Below, piece by piece: positions 27,625 through 37,206 of a stretch of DNA of 64,000 nucleotides (position 1 is the stretch's first letter; each line of letters begins with the position of its first letter). The DNA is from an uncultured Gemmatimonadales bacterium (GTDB lineage Bacteria; Gemmatimonadota; Gemmatimonadetes; Gemmatimonadales; GWC2-71-9), in assembly GCA_963728915.1 (NCBI GenBank), contig CAVSLV010000001.1:640001-704000 (forward strand), read 5' to 3'. The notes under the pieces are model-generated. The model had not been told where the DNA came from. It ran no database searches and was given only the letters and a program-made list of their open reading frames with translations. Position numbers and translations under genes: made by a program.

Positions 27625-28617
27625 TCAGGGTCCTCGAGCCTTGAGGCCGCGGACCGCCCCGGCAATCATCCGATTCACCGCCGCGAGTGAAAGACCTCCT
27701 TCGTCGGTGGCGGGGATGGTCGCGAACCCGATCGCTGAGGCCTTGGGGTAGCGCCGGAAAATCTGCTCGAACAACGACGCCAGCTGCTCGCTCGAGGGAC
27801 CGTTCGGCACCTTGTTCTGGTGGGCCATCACTTCGCGCGGGTCCAGCACGTCCATGTCGATGTGGATGTAGAGCTTGTCGGAAATCCGGCTGAGCCGGTC
27901 GAGCTGGGCAAACACCGCCGGACTCGCCTGGCGCAGATCATCGACGGTCACCTGCTCGATCCGGGAGTGGTCGAGCAGCTCCTGTTCCAGCGGGTCGATG
28001 AGCCGCACCCCGCCCATGACGATCCGGCGGTCGTTCAGCGGGGGGTCGAGATGGGCGTCGAGCCGAAGGATCCTGAGCGCGCGGCCCGTCGCAACCGCCA
28101 CCGGCATCCCACCGAGGGAGCCGCTTCGGGTCGTCTCCGGCGTGTTGAAGTCGGGGTGTGCATCGAGCCAGAGCATTCCGATGCGGAGCGGCTTGCCATC
28201 CGGCCCGGAATGCTCGAGTCCGGCAACCAGTCCGGGCATGGATGGACAGGTTGCAAGCAGCCCGACGGTAAACCAGCCCTCCCGCTCGTTGGCCGCAACG
28301 GTATCCGCGAAGTGTCCGAGGGCCATGCCGAGCCGTTTCCAGCCGCCATACTCGGTGTCTTCATCGCGGGTCAAGCCGATCTGCGCGACGCGTATCGTGG
28401 CCCCGAGACTCTTCAGGATCTCCTGAACCCCACCGTTGGCCATGGTGGCCGGGCCCGCCGAAGTCCCGTTGGGCAGAAACGGCTGTTCGACCAGGGCGAT
28501 TCGGAGCTTGCCATCGGGACCGGCGTAGCGCTGCGCCATCGCCCCGGTGGGGGGGACGAGAAGACCCAGGCCGAGGAGGCCAAGGCGGGGGAGATTCCGG
28601 ATCGAGAGCATATCCAT
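27625..28617 (-). CDS. Arginase/ureohydrolase family protein with a signal peptide
   Basis: WLDAHPDFNTPETTRSGSLGGMP and HIDMDVLDP. Confidence 0.85.
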   Translation of the reverse strand: MDMLSIRNLPRLGLLGLGLLVPPTGAMAQRYAGPDGKLRIALVEQPFLPNGTSAGPATMANGGVQEILKSLGATIRVAQIGLTRDEDTEYGGWKRLGMALGHFADTVAANEREGWFTVGLLATCPSMPGLVAGLEHSGPDGKPLRIGMLWLDAHPDFNTPETTRSGSLGGMPVAVATGRALRILRLDAHLDPPLNDRRIVMGGVRLIDPLEQELLDHSRIEQVTVDDLRQASPAVFAQLDRLSRISDKLYIHIDMDVLDPREVMAHQNKVPNGPSSEQLASLFEQIFRRYPKASAIGFATIPATDEGGLSLAAVNRMIAGAVRGLKARGP

Positions 28618-28681
28618 ATACTAGCCGGTGGGATCAGGCTGGCGCGAGCGCTCCGGGGGAGTGATACTCTACCGCAATCCT

Positions 28682-29989
28682 ATGACACATCCCGATCCCT
28701 ATTCCCGGCGTCGCTTCGTCCAATTCCTCGCCGCGAGCCCGCTGCTCGCGGGGATGGGGCTTGGCTACGGAGAGCTGGCTCGTCTCGCCTTCGGAAAGAG
28801 AAAGGACCACGCCACCCTCCTTGGCATGGTCGAAGACGCCGGGGCCGGTCACCTGTCCCAGGACGTGCCGCTCATCACCAGCCCGGCCCAGGCCTTCGAC
28901 GTCTTCGACTTCGAGCCGGTGGCGAAGAAGAACCTGCCTGCGGCTCACTGGGGATACCTGGCCACCGGAACCGACGACGACGGGACCATCCAGGCAAATC
29001 GGGAAGGATTCCAGCGCTGGGCCCTGCGGGTACGGCGACTGGTGGATGTCAGCCGGATCGATACCGCCCTGCCGCTCCTGGGCAGCCGGTACGACACCCC
29101 TATCGTGGTGAATCCGGTCGGCAGCCAGCGCGCGTTCCACCCTCTGGGCGAAGTGGCGACCGCGCGGGCCGCCCGCTCCAAGAACCACGTCATGGTGCTC
29201 TCCAATGTGGCCACCACGGGGATCGAGAAGGCGATCGAGGAGCGACAGGGTCCGGTATGGTTCCAGCTCTATCATCGGCAGGACTGGAACCAGACGCTCC
29301 AGATGGTGAAGCGAGCCGAGAAGGCCGGCGCCCCCGCCGTGGTCTTCACCGTAGACCTGATCGGCGGAAGCAACCGGGAAACCATGCGGCGCTACGCGCT
29401 CACTGATAGCCGCGAGTGCATTCTCTGCCACAAGATGGGCCAGCCTCTACCGGGCGAGAGCGGGGTCGTGGACGATCGCGACAACAGCCGGAAGCCGATG
29501 CTCGCGGAGCTGGCGCCCGGGACCCCGGTGCCCGAGGTGGGCACGCCGACCTGGGAGTTCGTGCGCCGGCTCCGCGATGCGACCGGCATGAAAGTGTTCA
29601 TCAAAGGGATCGTAACCCGCGAAGACGCCGAGCTGGCGATCCAGAATGGGGCGAGCGGAATGTTCGTCTCCAACCACGGCGGCCGCGCCGAGAACTCGCT
29701 CCGCGCCACGATCAACGCGCTCCCCGACGTGGTGCAGGGGGTCCGGAAGCGGGTGCCGGTCATCTGTGACGGCGGATTCCGGCGGGGGACCGACATCTTC
29801 AAGGGCCTGGCCCTGGGGGCCACGGCGATCGGCATCGGACGGCCCTACATCTGGGGCCTCGCCTCGTTCGGCCAGGAGGGCATCGAGGCGGTCCTCGGGA
29901 TTCTCCGGAAGGAGCTGGAGATGACGATGCGGCAAGCGGGAACCACGTCCCTGGCGTCGATCACCCCCGCCTACGTCGTCCCCCGCTAG
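28682..29989 (+). CDS. Tat-exported FMN-dependent alpha-hydroxy-acid oxidase/dehydrogenase
   Basis: SRRRFVQFL twin-Arg signal, WFQLY, TVD, IKGI, SNHGGR, DGGFRRGTD and GRP. Confidence 0.9.
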   Translation: MTHPDPYSRRRFVQFLAASPLLAGMGLGYGELARLAFGKRKDHATLLGMVEDAGAGHLSQDVPLITSPAQAFDVFDFEPVAKKNLPAAHWGYLATGTDDDGTIQANREGFQRWALRVRRLVDVSRIDTALPLLGSRYDTPIVVNPVGSQRAFHPLGEVATARAARSKNHVMVLSNVATTGIEKAIEERQGPVWFQLYHRQDWNQTLQMVKRAEKAGAPAVVFTVDLIGGSNRETMRRYALTDSRECILCHKMGQPLPGESGVVDDRDNSRKPMLAELAPGTPVPEVGTPTWEFVRRLRDATGMKVFIKGIVTREDAELAIQNGASGMFVSNHGGRAENSLRATINALPDVVQGVRKRVPVICDGGFRRGTDIFKGLALGATAIGIGRPYIWGLASFGQEGIEAVLGILRKELEMTMRQAGTTSLASITPAYVVPR

Positions 29990-29997
29990 GCCACCGC

Positions 29998-30102
29998 ATG
30001 GCGGAATCCGCCTCCACACGCCGGGTCCTGTTCCGGGTTCTCCTGATCGAGGGAATCACCCTCGGGCTCCTCTGGCTCCTCCAGCAGCACTACCTCCGCT
30101 GA
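29998..30102 (+). CDS. Small 34-aa membrane protein, probable small subunit of the sodium:solute symporter (not in the ORF track)
   Basis: MAESASTRRVLFRVLLIEGITLGLLWLLQQHYLR; ends 6 nt before the symporter ATG. Confidence 0.65.
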   Translation: MAESASTRRVLFRVLLIEGITLGLLWLLQQHYLR

Positions 30103-30108
30103 TTCTCC

Positions 30109-31788
30109 ATGCACCCGCTGAACTGGGCCATCGTCGTGGCCTACCTCGTGTACGTGCTGTGGGACGGCATCCGGAGGTCCAAAGGGACTCGGGAGATCGA
30201 GGGCTACTTCCTGGCGAATCGGAACCTGCCCTGGTGGGCGGTCGGGCTCTCGGTCATGGCAACCCAGCTTTCGGCCGTGACCATGATCGGCACCACCGGT
30301 CAGGGGGCCACCGATGGCATGCGATTCGTCCAGTTCTATTTCGGTCTGCCGCTCGCCATGGTCATCGTGGGGGCCACCCTGGTCCCGCTGCTGCATCGCG
30401 CCCGGGTGTATACGGCGTACGAATACCTCGAACGCCGCTTCGATCCCAAGACGCGATCGCTCACCGCCTTTCTGTTCCTTCTCTCCCGCGGGATGTCCTG
30501 CGGCACCATCATCGCGGCGCCGGCCGTCGTGATCTCGGCGATCTTCGGCTGGAAGATCGGCTGGTCGGTGGCATTGATGGGCGTTCCGACCGTGGCTTAC
30601 ACCATGATCGGCGGGGTGCAGGCGGTGACCTGGGCGGACGTGAAGCAGATGGTGCTGATCATTGTGGCGATGGTCGCGATCGTCGTGGTCCTGCTGGTCA
30701 AACTCCCGGTGTCGCCGGATCGTGCGCTTCAGATCGCCGGCGCGACCGGAAGGCTCCGGGTTTTCGATTTCACCCCCAGCCTCACCGAGACCTACACCTT
30801 CTGGTCCGCGATGCTGGGCGGGACCTTCCTGATGATTTCCTACTTCGGAACCGATCAGAGCCAGGTCCAGCGCTATCTCACCGCCAGGTCGGTTCCGGAA
30901 GCAAAAAGCTCGCTTCTCATCAGCGCCTACTGGAAGATTCCGCTCCAGGCTCTGGTGCTTCTGCTCGGCGTGCTGGTGTTCGTCTATTACATGTTCCGGA
31001 CCCCGCCGCTTCTCTATAACCCGGCCCACGAAGCCCGGGTTCGCGCCGCGGAACCCGCGGCGTATGCCGCCCTCGAGACCCGCTACGCCGCTGCGCTGAG
31101 CGATCGTTCGGCCGCGGCCGGCGCCCTGGGCGGGTCGCACCCTGCGACCGAATCCGAAGGACTGGTGCGGTCCCTGAAGGAGAAGGAAGCAACAGTCGCC
31201 CAGGTCCGCAGCGAGGCCATCGCGCTTGCCTCGCGGGTCACCGGCACCGAGGCGAAGGATGTGAACTACGTGATTCCACGTTTCGTGCTGGACGAGCTGC
31301 CGCTGGGCCTGGCCGGACTTTTCCTGGCGGGCGTGCTGGCCGCTGCGATGTCCAGTATCGCCGCCGAGCTCAATTCACTCTCCACGGCGACCGTGATCGA
31401 TTTCTACCGGCGCTGGATCCGGCCTGAAGCGAGCGATGCCCATTTCCTGTCGGTGTCCCGAATCGCGACCGGGTTCTGGGGGCTCTTCGCCTGCATCGTG
31501 GCGACCTTCGCCGCGACGCTGGGATCGCTGATCGAAGTGGTGAACCGGTACGGGTCCTTCTTCTACGGCTCCATCCTCGGCGTGTTCCTGCTCGCAATGA
31601 TTCCGCGGGCTCGCGGCTGGGGCGCCTTCATCGGGCTCCTGGCCGGCATGGGCGCCGTGGCGGCGGTGAACTTCGGAGCCCCGTCGGTCTCCTTCCTCTG
31701 GCACAATGTGGTCGGCGTGGTGACCGTGGTAGTCGTGGGGATGCTGGTGAGCCTCGGTGTTACTGGGCAGCCGCAATCGCCCGCTTGA
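30109..31788 (+). CDS. Sodium:solute symporter (SSS family)
   Basis: YFLANRNLPWWAVGLSVMAT, GGVQAVTWAD, DQSQVQRY and AAAMSSIAAELNS. Confidence 0.93.
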   Translation: MHPLNWAIVVAYLVYVLWDGIRRSKGTREIEGYFLANRNLPWWAVGLSVMATQLSAVTMIGTTGQGATDGMRFVQFYFGLPLAMVIVGATLVPLLHRARVYTAYEYLERRFDPKTRSLTAFLFLLSRGMSCGTIIAAPAVVISAIFGWKIGWSVALMGVPTVAYTMIGGVQAVTWADVKQMVLIIVAMVAIVVVLLVKLPVSPDRALQIAGATGRLRVFDFTPSLTETYTFWSAMLGGTFLMISYFGTDQSQVQRYLTARSVPEAKSSLLISAYWKIPLQALVLLLGVLVFVYYMFRTPPLLYNPAHEARVRAAEPAAYAALETRYAAALSDRSAAAGALGGSHPATESEGLVRSLKEKEATVAQVRSEAIALASRVTGTEAKDVNYVIPRFVLDELPLGLAGLFLAGVLAAAMSSIAAELNSLSTATVIDFYRRWIRPEASDAHFLSVSRIATGFWGLFACIVATFAATLGSLIEVVNRYGSFFYGSILGVFLLAMIPRARGWGAFIGLLAGMGAVAAVNFGAPSVSFLWHNVVGVVTVVVVGMLVSLGVTGQPQSPA

Positions 31789-32911
31789 GCACGCCATCCA
31801 CCGCGTTGGACCGGATCCAGCGGACCACCACCACCATATCGTAGTCCGGAAGAACGCAGATTGCGTTGGTCCCGTTGCCGAGATGACAGAAGGTATCCTC
31901 CGGCGCACTGGGCCATGGCTTGCGACCGGTATTCAGGAAGTAGTTCATGAATCCGTAGGTCGGCTGGGGTCCGGTCGGAGTCAGCGCCCGCGCGATCCAT
32001 TCCTCCGAAAGAATGCGTCGCCCGCTCCATTCGCCGCGATGCAGTGTCAACAGCCCGAAGCGGGCCTGGTCGAGCGCGCTGATCCACATGCCCCCACCCC
32101 AATGGCCGCCGCCGGGGACGGACACCATCTGCTTTCCGTCAATCGCCACCGTCGAATTGCGATAGCCGACCCACTGCCAGGTATCGCTCGCCCCGATCGG
32201 ATCCATCACGTACTCCTTGAGCACGTCGGGGAGCGGGCGCTTCCAGACCCGGAGCAGGGCCAGCGCGAGAACGTTCACCCGGACGTCGTTGTATTTGTAG
32301 GTCGTGCCGGGCTCATGGTGCGCCCGCTGCTTGTATTCCTCCAGCGGCACATTCGCGGGAGGACGGTCGGACCAATCGGGTTTGTCCCAGAGGGTGCCTT
32401 CCCAGTCGCTGGTCTGCCGGAGCAGGTTGTCCCAGGTGATCTTCGCGTTATGGGGAGAGTCGAACTCGCCGGTCTTGACCAGCAGGCGGACCGGCGCGTC
32501 GAGATCAGGCAGCAGTTTGCGATCCCAGGCGAGCCCGGCAGTCGTTGAAAGGAAGCTCTTGGTCACGCTGTAGGTCATGTCCACCCGGTCCGGATCGCCC
32601 CACTCCGCGACCAGGTATCCGTGCCGGACGACCAATCCGGTAACATCGCCGCGAGGCTTGAAGGGGCCGAGGGGCTCGGGCAGGGGCTCGCGGCCAAATC
32701 CGCTCTGCCGATTCGCTTCCAGTTGATCCCTCGGGTCCGGGCTTTCGTTGGCGTTGCTGAAGGCGATCACCGAATCCAACCAGGCCTGCTTGAGTCCGAC
32801 AGCCTCGGGGGACCGTCGTTCCCATTCACCACGGGGAGGGAAGTACGAATCCTGCCGGGGGACGATACCGCCAAGCAGGAGGACGGGGAGGAACAGTCGA
32901 AGCCGGATCAT
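31760..32911 (-). CDS. Serine hydrolase, beta-lactamase/AmpC-like family
   Basis: SVTK (SxxK), YND, LLRQTS, ARFGLL and HLG; signal peptide. Confidence 0.88.
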   Translation of the reverse strand: MIRLRLFLPVLLLGGIVPRQDSYFPPRGEWERRSPEAVGLKQAWLDSVIAFSNANESPDPRDQLEANRQSGFGREPLPEPLGPFKPRGDVTGLVVRHGYLVAEWGDPDRVDMTYSVTKSFLSTTAGLAWDRKLLPDLDAPVRLLVKTGEFDSPHNAKITWDNLLRQTSDWEGTLWDKPDWSDRPPANVPLEEYKQRAHHEPGTTYKYNDVRVNVLALALLRVWKRPLPDVLKEYVMDPIGASDTWQWVGYRNSTVAIDGKQMVSVPGGGHWGGGMWISALDQARFGLLTLHRGEWSGRRILSEEWIARALTPTGPQPTYGFMNYFLNTGRKPWPSAPEDTFCHLGNGTNAICVLPDYDMVVVVRWIRSNAVDGVLKRAIAAAQ

Positions 32912-33062
32912 GACGGAGAGACTACCGCGACTCCGTCCCGACTGCAATCCACCGCAGCCTGTCCGGCTCGGATTGTGCTGAGCCGGGGCATGCTGCGTCG
33001 CGATCCTCCGCGTATCATTCGAGACGACCGACGGATCGGCCGCCTACCCGACGAGGTGCCCA

Positions 33063-35501
33063 ATGTCCGCTTCCCTCGCGTTCCGCATGGCCGTTGCCGC
33101 TTTGGCCCTGGGCCTGATTGGCTGCAGTGAGAGCACCGAGCCCGTTCCCGCACCGGCTCCTCCACCTCCTGCGCCGGTCCCGCCGCCGCCGCCCCCTCCG
33201 GGCAGCGCTGATCTGCGGTGGTCCGACCCGGCAGCGTGGCCCAACAGCCAGGTTCCCGCGGCAGGCGCGGCGGTCACGATTCCGGCAGGGAAGACGGTCC
33301 TCCTGGATGTGAGCCCTCCGGCGCTGGCCAGCCTCACGGTCGAGGGAACCCTGCGCTTCGATGCCAAGGATCTCAATCTCACGACGGGCTGGATCCTCGT
33401 TCACGGTGGCCGATTCGAAATCGGAAGCGAAACCACCCCTTACACGAACCGCGCCATCATCACCCTCACCGGCCCGTCCACGGACAACGTCATGGGGATG
33501 GGCGCCAAGGTGCTGGGCGCGATCGACGGCGGAGCCCTCGAGTTGCATGGTGAAAAGCGAGTGGTCTGGACCCGGCTCTCCGCGACCGCGGGGGTGGGAA
33601 GCAGCCAGCTCCAGCTCGAGCGCACCGTCGATTGGCGGGTGGGCGATCACCTGGTAATCGCCTCGACCGATTTCGACCCCCGGCAGGCTGAGGAAGTCAC
33701 CGTCACCACGGTGCAGGGGAACGTGGTGGGGATTTCCCCGGCGCTCCGGAACGCACACTTCGGCGTAACCCAGACCTTCGCCGGGCAGACCCTGGATGAG
33801 CGCGCCGAGGTCGGTCTCCTGAGCCGGAACATCGTGATCCGGGGCGATGACGCGTCGGAGACCACCGGGTTCGGGGGCCACATCATGGCGACCGCCAACG
33901 GCGTGCTGCACGTCGAGGATATCGAGCTCACCCGGATGGGGCAGAAGAAGGTGCTGGCCCGCTACCCGATGCACTGGCACGTCGAAGGCGTCACCACGGG
34001 TCAGTACTTCAAGGACAGCAGCATCTGGCACACCTACAACCGCTGCGTGACCGTTCACGGCACCCGGAACGTGCGCGTGTCAGGCAACGTGTGCCACGAC
34101 AACATCGGCCACAGCTACTTCCTGGAGGACGGGGCGGAAACCGGGAACATCTTCGAGGACAATCTCGCGGTCCTGACCCAGCGCCCGGCGACCGGTGAGG
34201 CCCTGATTCCCTCGGACGTGACCCCGGCCGCCTTCTGGATCACCAACCCGGCCAATACCTTCCGGCGCAATGTGGCGGCAGGCTCCCGCGGGTTCGGCTT
34301 CTGGTTCGCGTTGCCCGCCTCGCCGACCGGTCTCTCCACCGGGCAGCCGGACCTCCCCCGGGAGACCCCGCTAGGAGAGTTCACCGACAACGTTGCCCAT
34401 TCGAATTCCAATGTCGGCCTCCAGGTGGACGAGGGGCCCATGGCCGATCTCAATCTGGAGACGGTGCACTACTCGCCGAAACAGGTGCCGGGGACCTCCT
34501 CCCCCTCGGTGACCGCGTACTTCCGGAACTTCACCGGGTACAAGCACACCGGGCGAGCGGTCTGGCTCCGGGGCACCGAGCTTCGACTGACCGGGGCGAT
34601 GCTGGCCGACAATGGCATCGGCGCCACCTTTGCGTCGAATGAGACCTTCGTTCAGGACGCGGTGTTCGTCGGACAGAGCGCCAACGAATCCGCCAATGTG
34701 ATCGCGCCGAGCTTCCCCATCCGGGGCTACGAGTTCTACGATGGACGGGTTGGGGCCGATCGGGTGACGTTCGTGAACTACCCGACCGGCGGGGGCCGGA
34801 CCATGAGCGCCCTCGGCTTCAATCGAGCCAACGGCTTTGCGGTCAACACCGGCAACTACGGTAACCAGATCACGCTGATCAACGCCAATGCGGTCTTTCT
34901 GGAGAATCCGGCCGCGGACAAGGACGGCGACAAGGCCGCGGTGATTCTCGATGCCGACGGGAGCATCACTGGAACCGCCGGAGCATACGTCGCCGCCAAC
35001 AATCCCCTGATGATCACTCCCGCGTGCGTGTACCGGCCCGCCTGGAATGCCTGGGTCTGTGCCCAGCACTTCGTGCAGCTTCAGGTTCGAGGGCTCAACA
35101 ACGAGGTCGTTGCACCGCTGGGACTGATCCGCGATGATCTGGTGCGCGCCGATTATGTCGGTGTGCCCGATCAACCCCAGACCGTTTATGCCTCCATCGC
35201 TCCCGGTCGAGGGTACAGTGTGGCGTACGGGGGCGCGGTACCGGACCGATTGCAGCTCACCATCAGCCGGACCGTCGACGGGGAGTGGGTGCGGGTTGGG
35301 GTGCCCTACCCGAACCCGAACTTCAACGTCGTGCGCGACGGGGCGAGCGGATCGCCGCTCCCTGGCGCGGCGACCTTTACCGCCCTCGATGCCGGTACCG
35401 GAGATCGGTATTTCTACGATCCGTCGACGGGAGTCCTCTACCTCAAGTTGTACACCCGGACGGGACGGACCTCGACTACCATTTCGGTAACGCCCAAGTA
35501 G
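33063..35501 (+). CDS. G8-domain lipoprotein with a right-handed beta-helix (CEMIP/TMEM2/fibrocystin-like)
   Basis: Lipobox LIGC, WSDPAAW..VP..G..VTIP G8 start, ERAEVGLLSRNIVI, RYPMHWH, RCVTVHGT, GHSYFLEDG and FWITNPAN. Confidence 0.85.
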   Translation: MSASLAFRMAVAALALGLIGCSESTEPVPAPAPPPPAPVPPPPPPPGSADLRWSDPAAWPNSQVPAAGAAVTIPAGKTVLLDVSPPALASLTVEGTLRFDAKDLNLTTGWILVHGGRFEIGSETTPYTNRAIITLTGPSTDNVMGMGAKVLGAIDGGALELHGEKRVVWTRLSATAGVGSSQLQLERTVDWRVGDHLVIASTDFDPRQAEEVTVTTVQGNVVGISPALRNAHFGVTQTFAGQTLDERAEVGLLSRNIVIRGDDASETTGFGGHIMATANGVLHVEDIELTRMGQKKVLARYPMHWHVEGVTTGQYFKDSSIWHTYNRCVTVHGTRNVRVSGNVCHDNIGHSYFLEDGAETGNIFEDNLAVLTQRPATGEALIPSDVTPAAFWITNPANTFRRNVAAGSRGFGFWFALPASPTGLSTGQPDLPRETPLGEFTDNVAHSNSNVGLQVDEGPMADLNLETVHYSPKQVPGTSSPSVTAYFRNFTGYKHTGRAVWLRGTELRLTGAMLADNGIGATFASNETFVQDAVFVGQSANESANVIAPSFPIRGYEFYDGRVGADRVTFVNYPTGGGRTMSALGFNRANGFAVNTGNYGNQITLINANAVFLENPAADKDGDKAAVILDADGSITGTAGAYVAANNPLMITPACVYRPAWNAWVCAQHFVQLQVRGLNNEVVAPLGLIRDDLVRADYVGVPDQPQTVYASIAPGRGYSVAYGGAVPDRLQLTISRTVDGEWVRVGVPYPNPNFNVVRDGASGSPLPGAATFTALDAGTGDRYFYDPSTGVLYLKLYTRTGRTSTTISVTPK

Positions 35502-35640
35502 GGCGCTGGGGGGAGCCCGTGATCACTTTTTGGTGCAGCGCAAGGTGAACCCGACAAGACTGGATCCGGCGCGTCATCCGGCCCGAACCGCCCGGGAGGA
35601 AGGCGCCCGGCAAGTCGGGCGTTTCCGGCGGGGGAGCCGG

Positions 35641-36699
35641 ATGGCGGTCGTGTTCGCGGCGTTTCTCATCCTCCTGATCGCCCCTCCGTCGGCTCCGCCG
35701 CTGCCGGCGGCCGCGGCCACGATCGTTCAGGACAGCCTGACCCCCGACACCAGCCAGGCTGCTCCCTCGCAATCCGTCAAAGAGGCGGCCGGGACGGTCC
35801 GGCAACTGTGGCGAGGCTTCATCCGTCTTCTCCCCAAGATCGCCATCGCCCTATGCGTGCTGGTCCTCGCCTGGCTGGCGATGGTGGCGGTCCGCGGCCT
35901 GGTCCGGGTGGCCCTACGAAGCTACGCCCGGGCCGAGGCCATCCGGGCGCTTCTCAGCGTCTCGGTCTGGATTCTGGCGATCGGGATCGCGATGAGCATC
36001 CTGGCCGGGGACGTGCGAACCCTGATCGGATCGCTCGGGCTGATCGGGCTCGCTCTCTCATGGGCTCTTCAGGCCCCCATCGAGAGCTTCACCGGCTGGT
36101 TTCTGAATTCGTTTCGCAATTACTACCGGATCGGCGATCGGATTGCGGTCGGCGAGGTCTTTGGCGACGTGTACCGGATCGACGTGCTCACTACCACGGT
36201 GTGGGAGGTCGGTGGGCCGGGCAAGGCGGTCCAGGCGGCGCAACCGACCGGCGCCCTCGTCACCTTCCCGAACTCGGAAGTGCTCCGCGCCAATATCGTG
36301 AATTTCACGCGGGACTTCCCCTACGTCTGGGACGAAGTCGCGCTGGGCATCGCCAACGAGTCGGACCTTCCGTATGCGGTGGAGGTGGCGCGCCGGGTCG
36401 CGGCGCAGGTGGTCGGACCAGCGATGACGGAGCCGGCCAGCCGGTACCGGGAAATGTTGCAACGGGTCGGACTGCCCTGGGACGTGGCGCTGGAGCCCCA
36501 GGTCTACCTGTCCCTGGCCGAAGCGTGGACCGTGCTGACGGTGAGGTACCTGGTGGCGGCTCGGGAGCGAAGGATGTGGTCGAGCCGCCTGATCGAAATG
36601 ATGTCGACCGAATGGGGCAAACCGGACCACGCCGGCCGGATCATCGCGGGATACCCTCGCACCAACGTGGAGCTGCTCAAGAGCCCAAGACTGTCCTGA
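35641..36699 (+). CDS. MscS-family mechanosensitive channel
   Basis: GLIGLALSWALQ, YRIGDRI and VTFPNS. Start is uncertain. Confidence 0.88.
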   Translation: MAVVFAAFLILLIAPPSAPPLPAAAATIVQDSLTPDTSQAAPSQSVKEAAGTVRQLWRGFIRLLPKIAIALCVLVLAWLAMVAVRGLVRVALRSYARAEAIRALLSVSVWILAIGIAMSILAGDVRTLIGSLGLIGLALSWALQAPIESFTGWFLNSFRNYYRIGDRIAVGEVFGDVYRIDVLTTTVWEVGGPGKAVQAAQPTGALVTFPNSEVLRANIVNFTRDFPYVWDEVALGIANESDLPYAVEVARRVAAQVVGPAMTEPASRYREMLQRVGLPWDVALEPQVYLSLAEAWTVLTVRYLVAARERRMWSSRLIEMMSTEWGKPDHAGRIIAGYPRTNVELLKSPRLS

Positions 36700-36832
36700 A
36701 TATCGTCAGTGGTTGCGTTAAGTCATTGAACCAATTATACTTATATCAAGTAACGATACCAAGGTATTTGACGGGTTCGGAGTCTCCCGCCCGGACCCGG
36801 AACGATCTCCAGCGGGAGGAGAGGTGGCTCTG

Positions 36833-37129
36833 ATGACTCATGTTCGAAACGCAGTGTTTCAGCTCAAGCCAGGCAAGATCGCGGACGTGAAGAAGCTCTT
36901 CACCGACGAACTCCTGCCCCTGATGAAGAAGGTCCCCGGTTTCAAGCACGAAATCACGATGACCAAGGGTGACCAGCTGGTGGGCCTGACGGTCTGGGTC
37001 GATCGGCAGAGCGCCGAGAAGTACCAGACGGTGACCTTCCCGACCGTGATCGCCAAGCTCAATCCGTTCCTCACCGGAGCACCGGTGATCGACGAGTACG
37101 AGCTCGGCGTCACCACGCTCAGCGCGTAA
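36833..37129 (+). CDS. Small dimeric alpha-beta barrel (ABM-like) protein
   Basis: LKPGK..LLPLMKKVPGF..LTVW pattern; strong GGAGGAGAGG RBS upstream. Confidence 0.7.
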   Translation: MTHVRNAVFQLKPGKIADVKKLFTDELLPLMKKVPGFKHEITMTKGDQLVGLTVWVDRQSAEKYQTVTFPTVIAKLNPFLTGAPVIDEYELGVTTLSA

Positions 37130-37136
37130 CCTCGCA

Positions 37137-37206
37137 CCATCGGCAGGATGGCGGCGGAACCCCCGGGTTCCGGCGCCGAGGCCCGGGAGCGGTTTTCCCG
37201 GGTCTC
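37137..37206. terminator. Tandem stem-loops between convergent genes
   Basis: CCATC/GATGG, GGAACCC/GGGTTCC and GAGGCCCGGGA/TCCCGGGTCTC inverted repeats. Confidence 0.5.
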
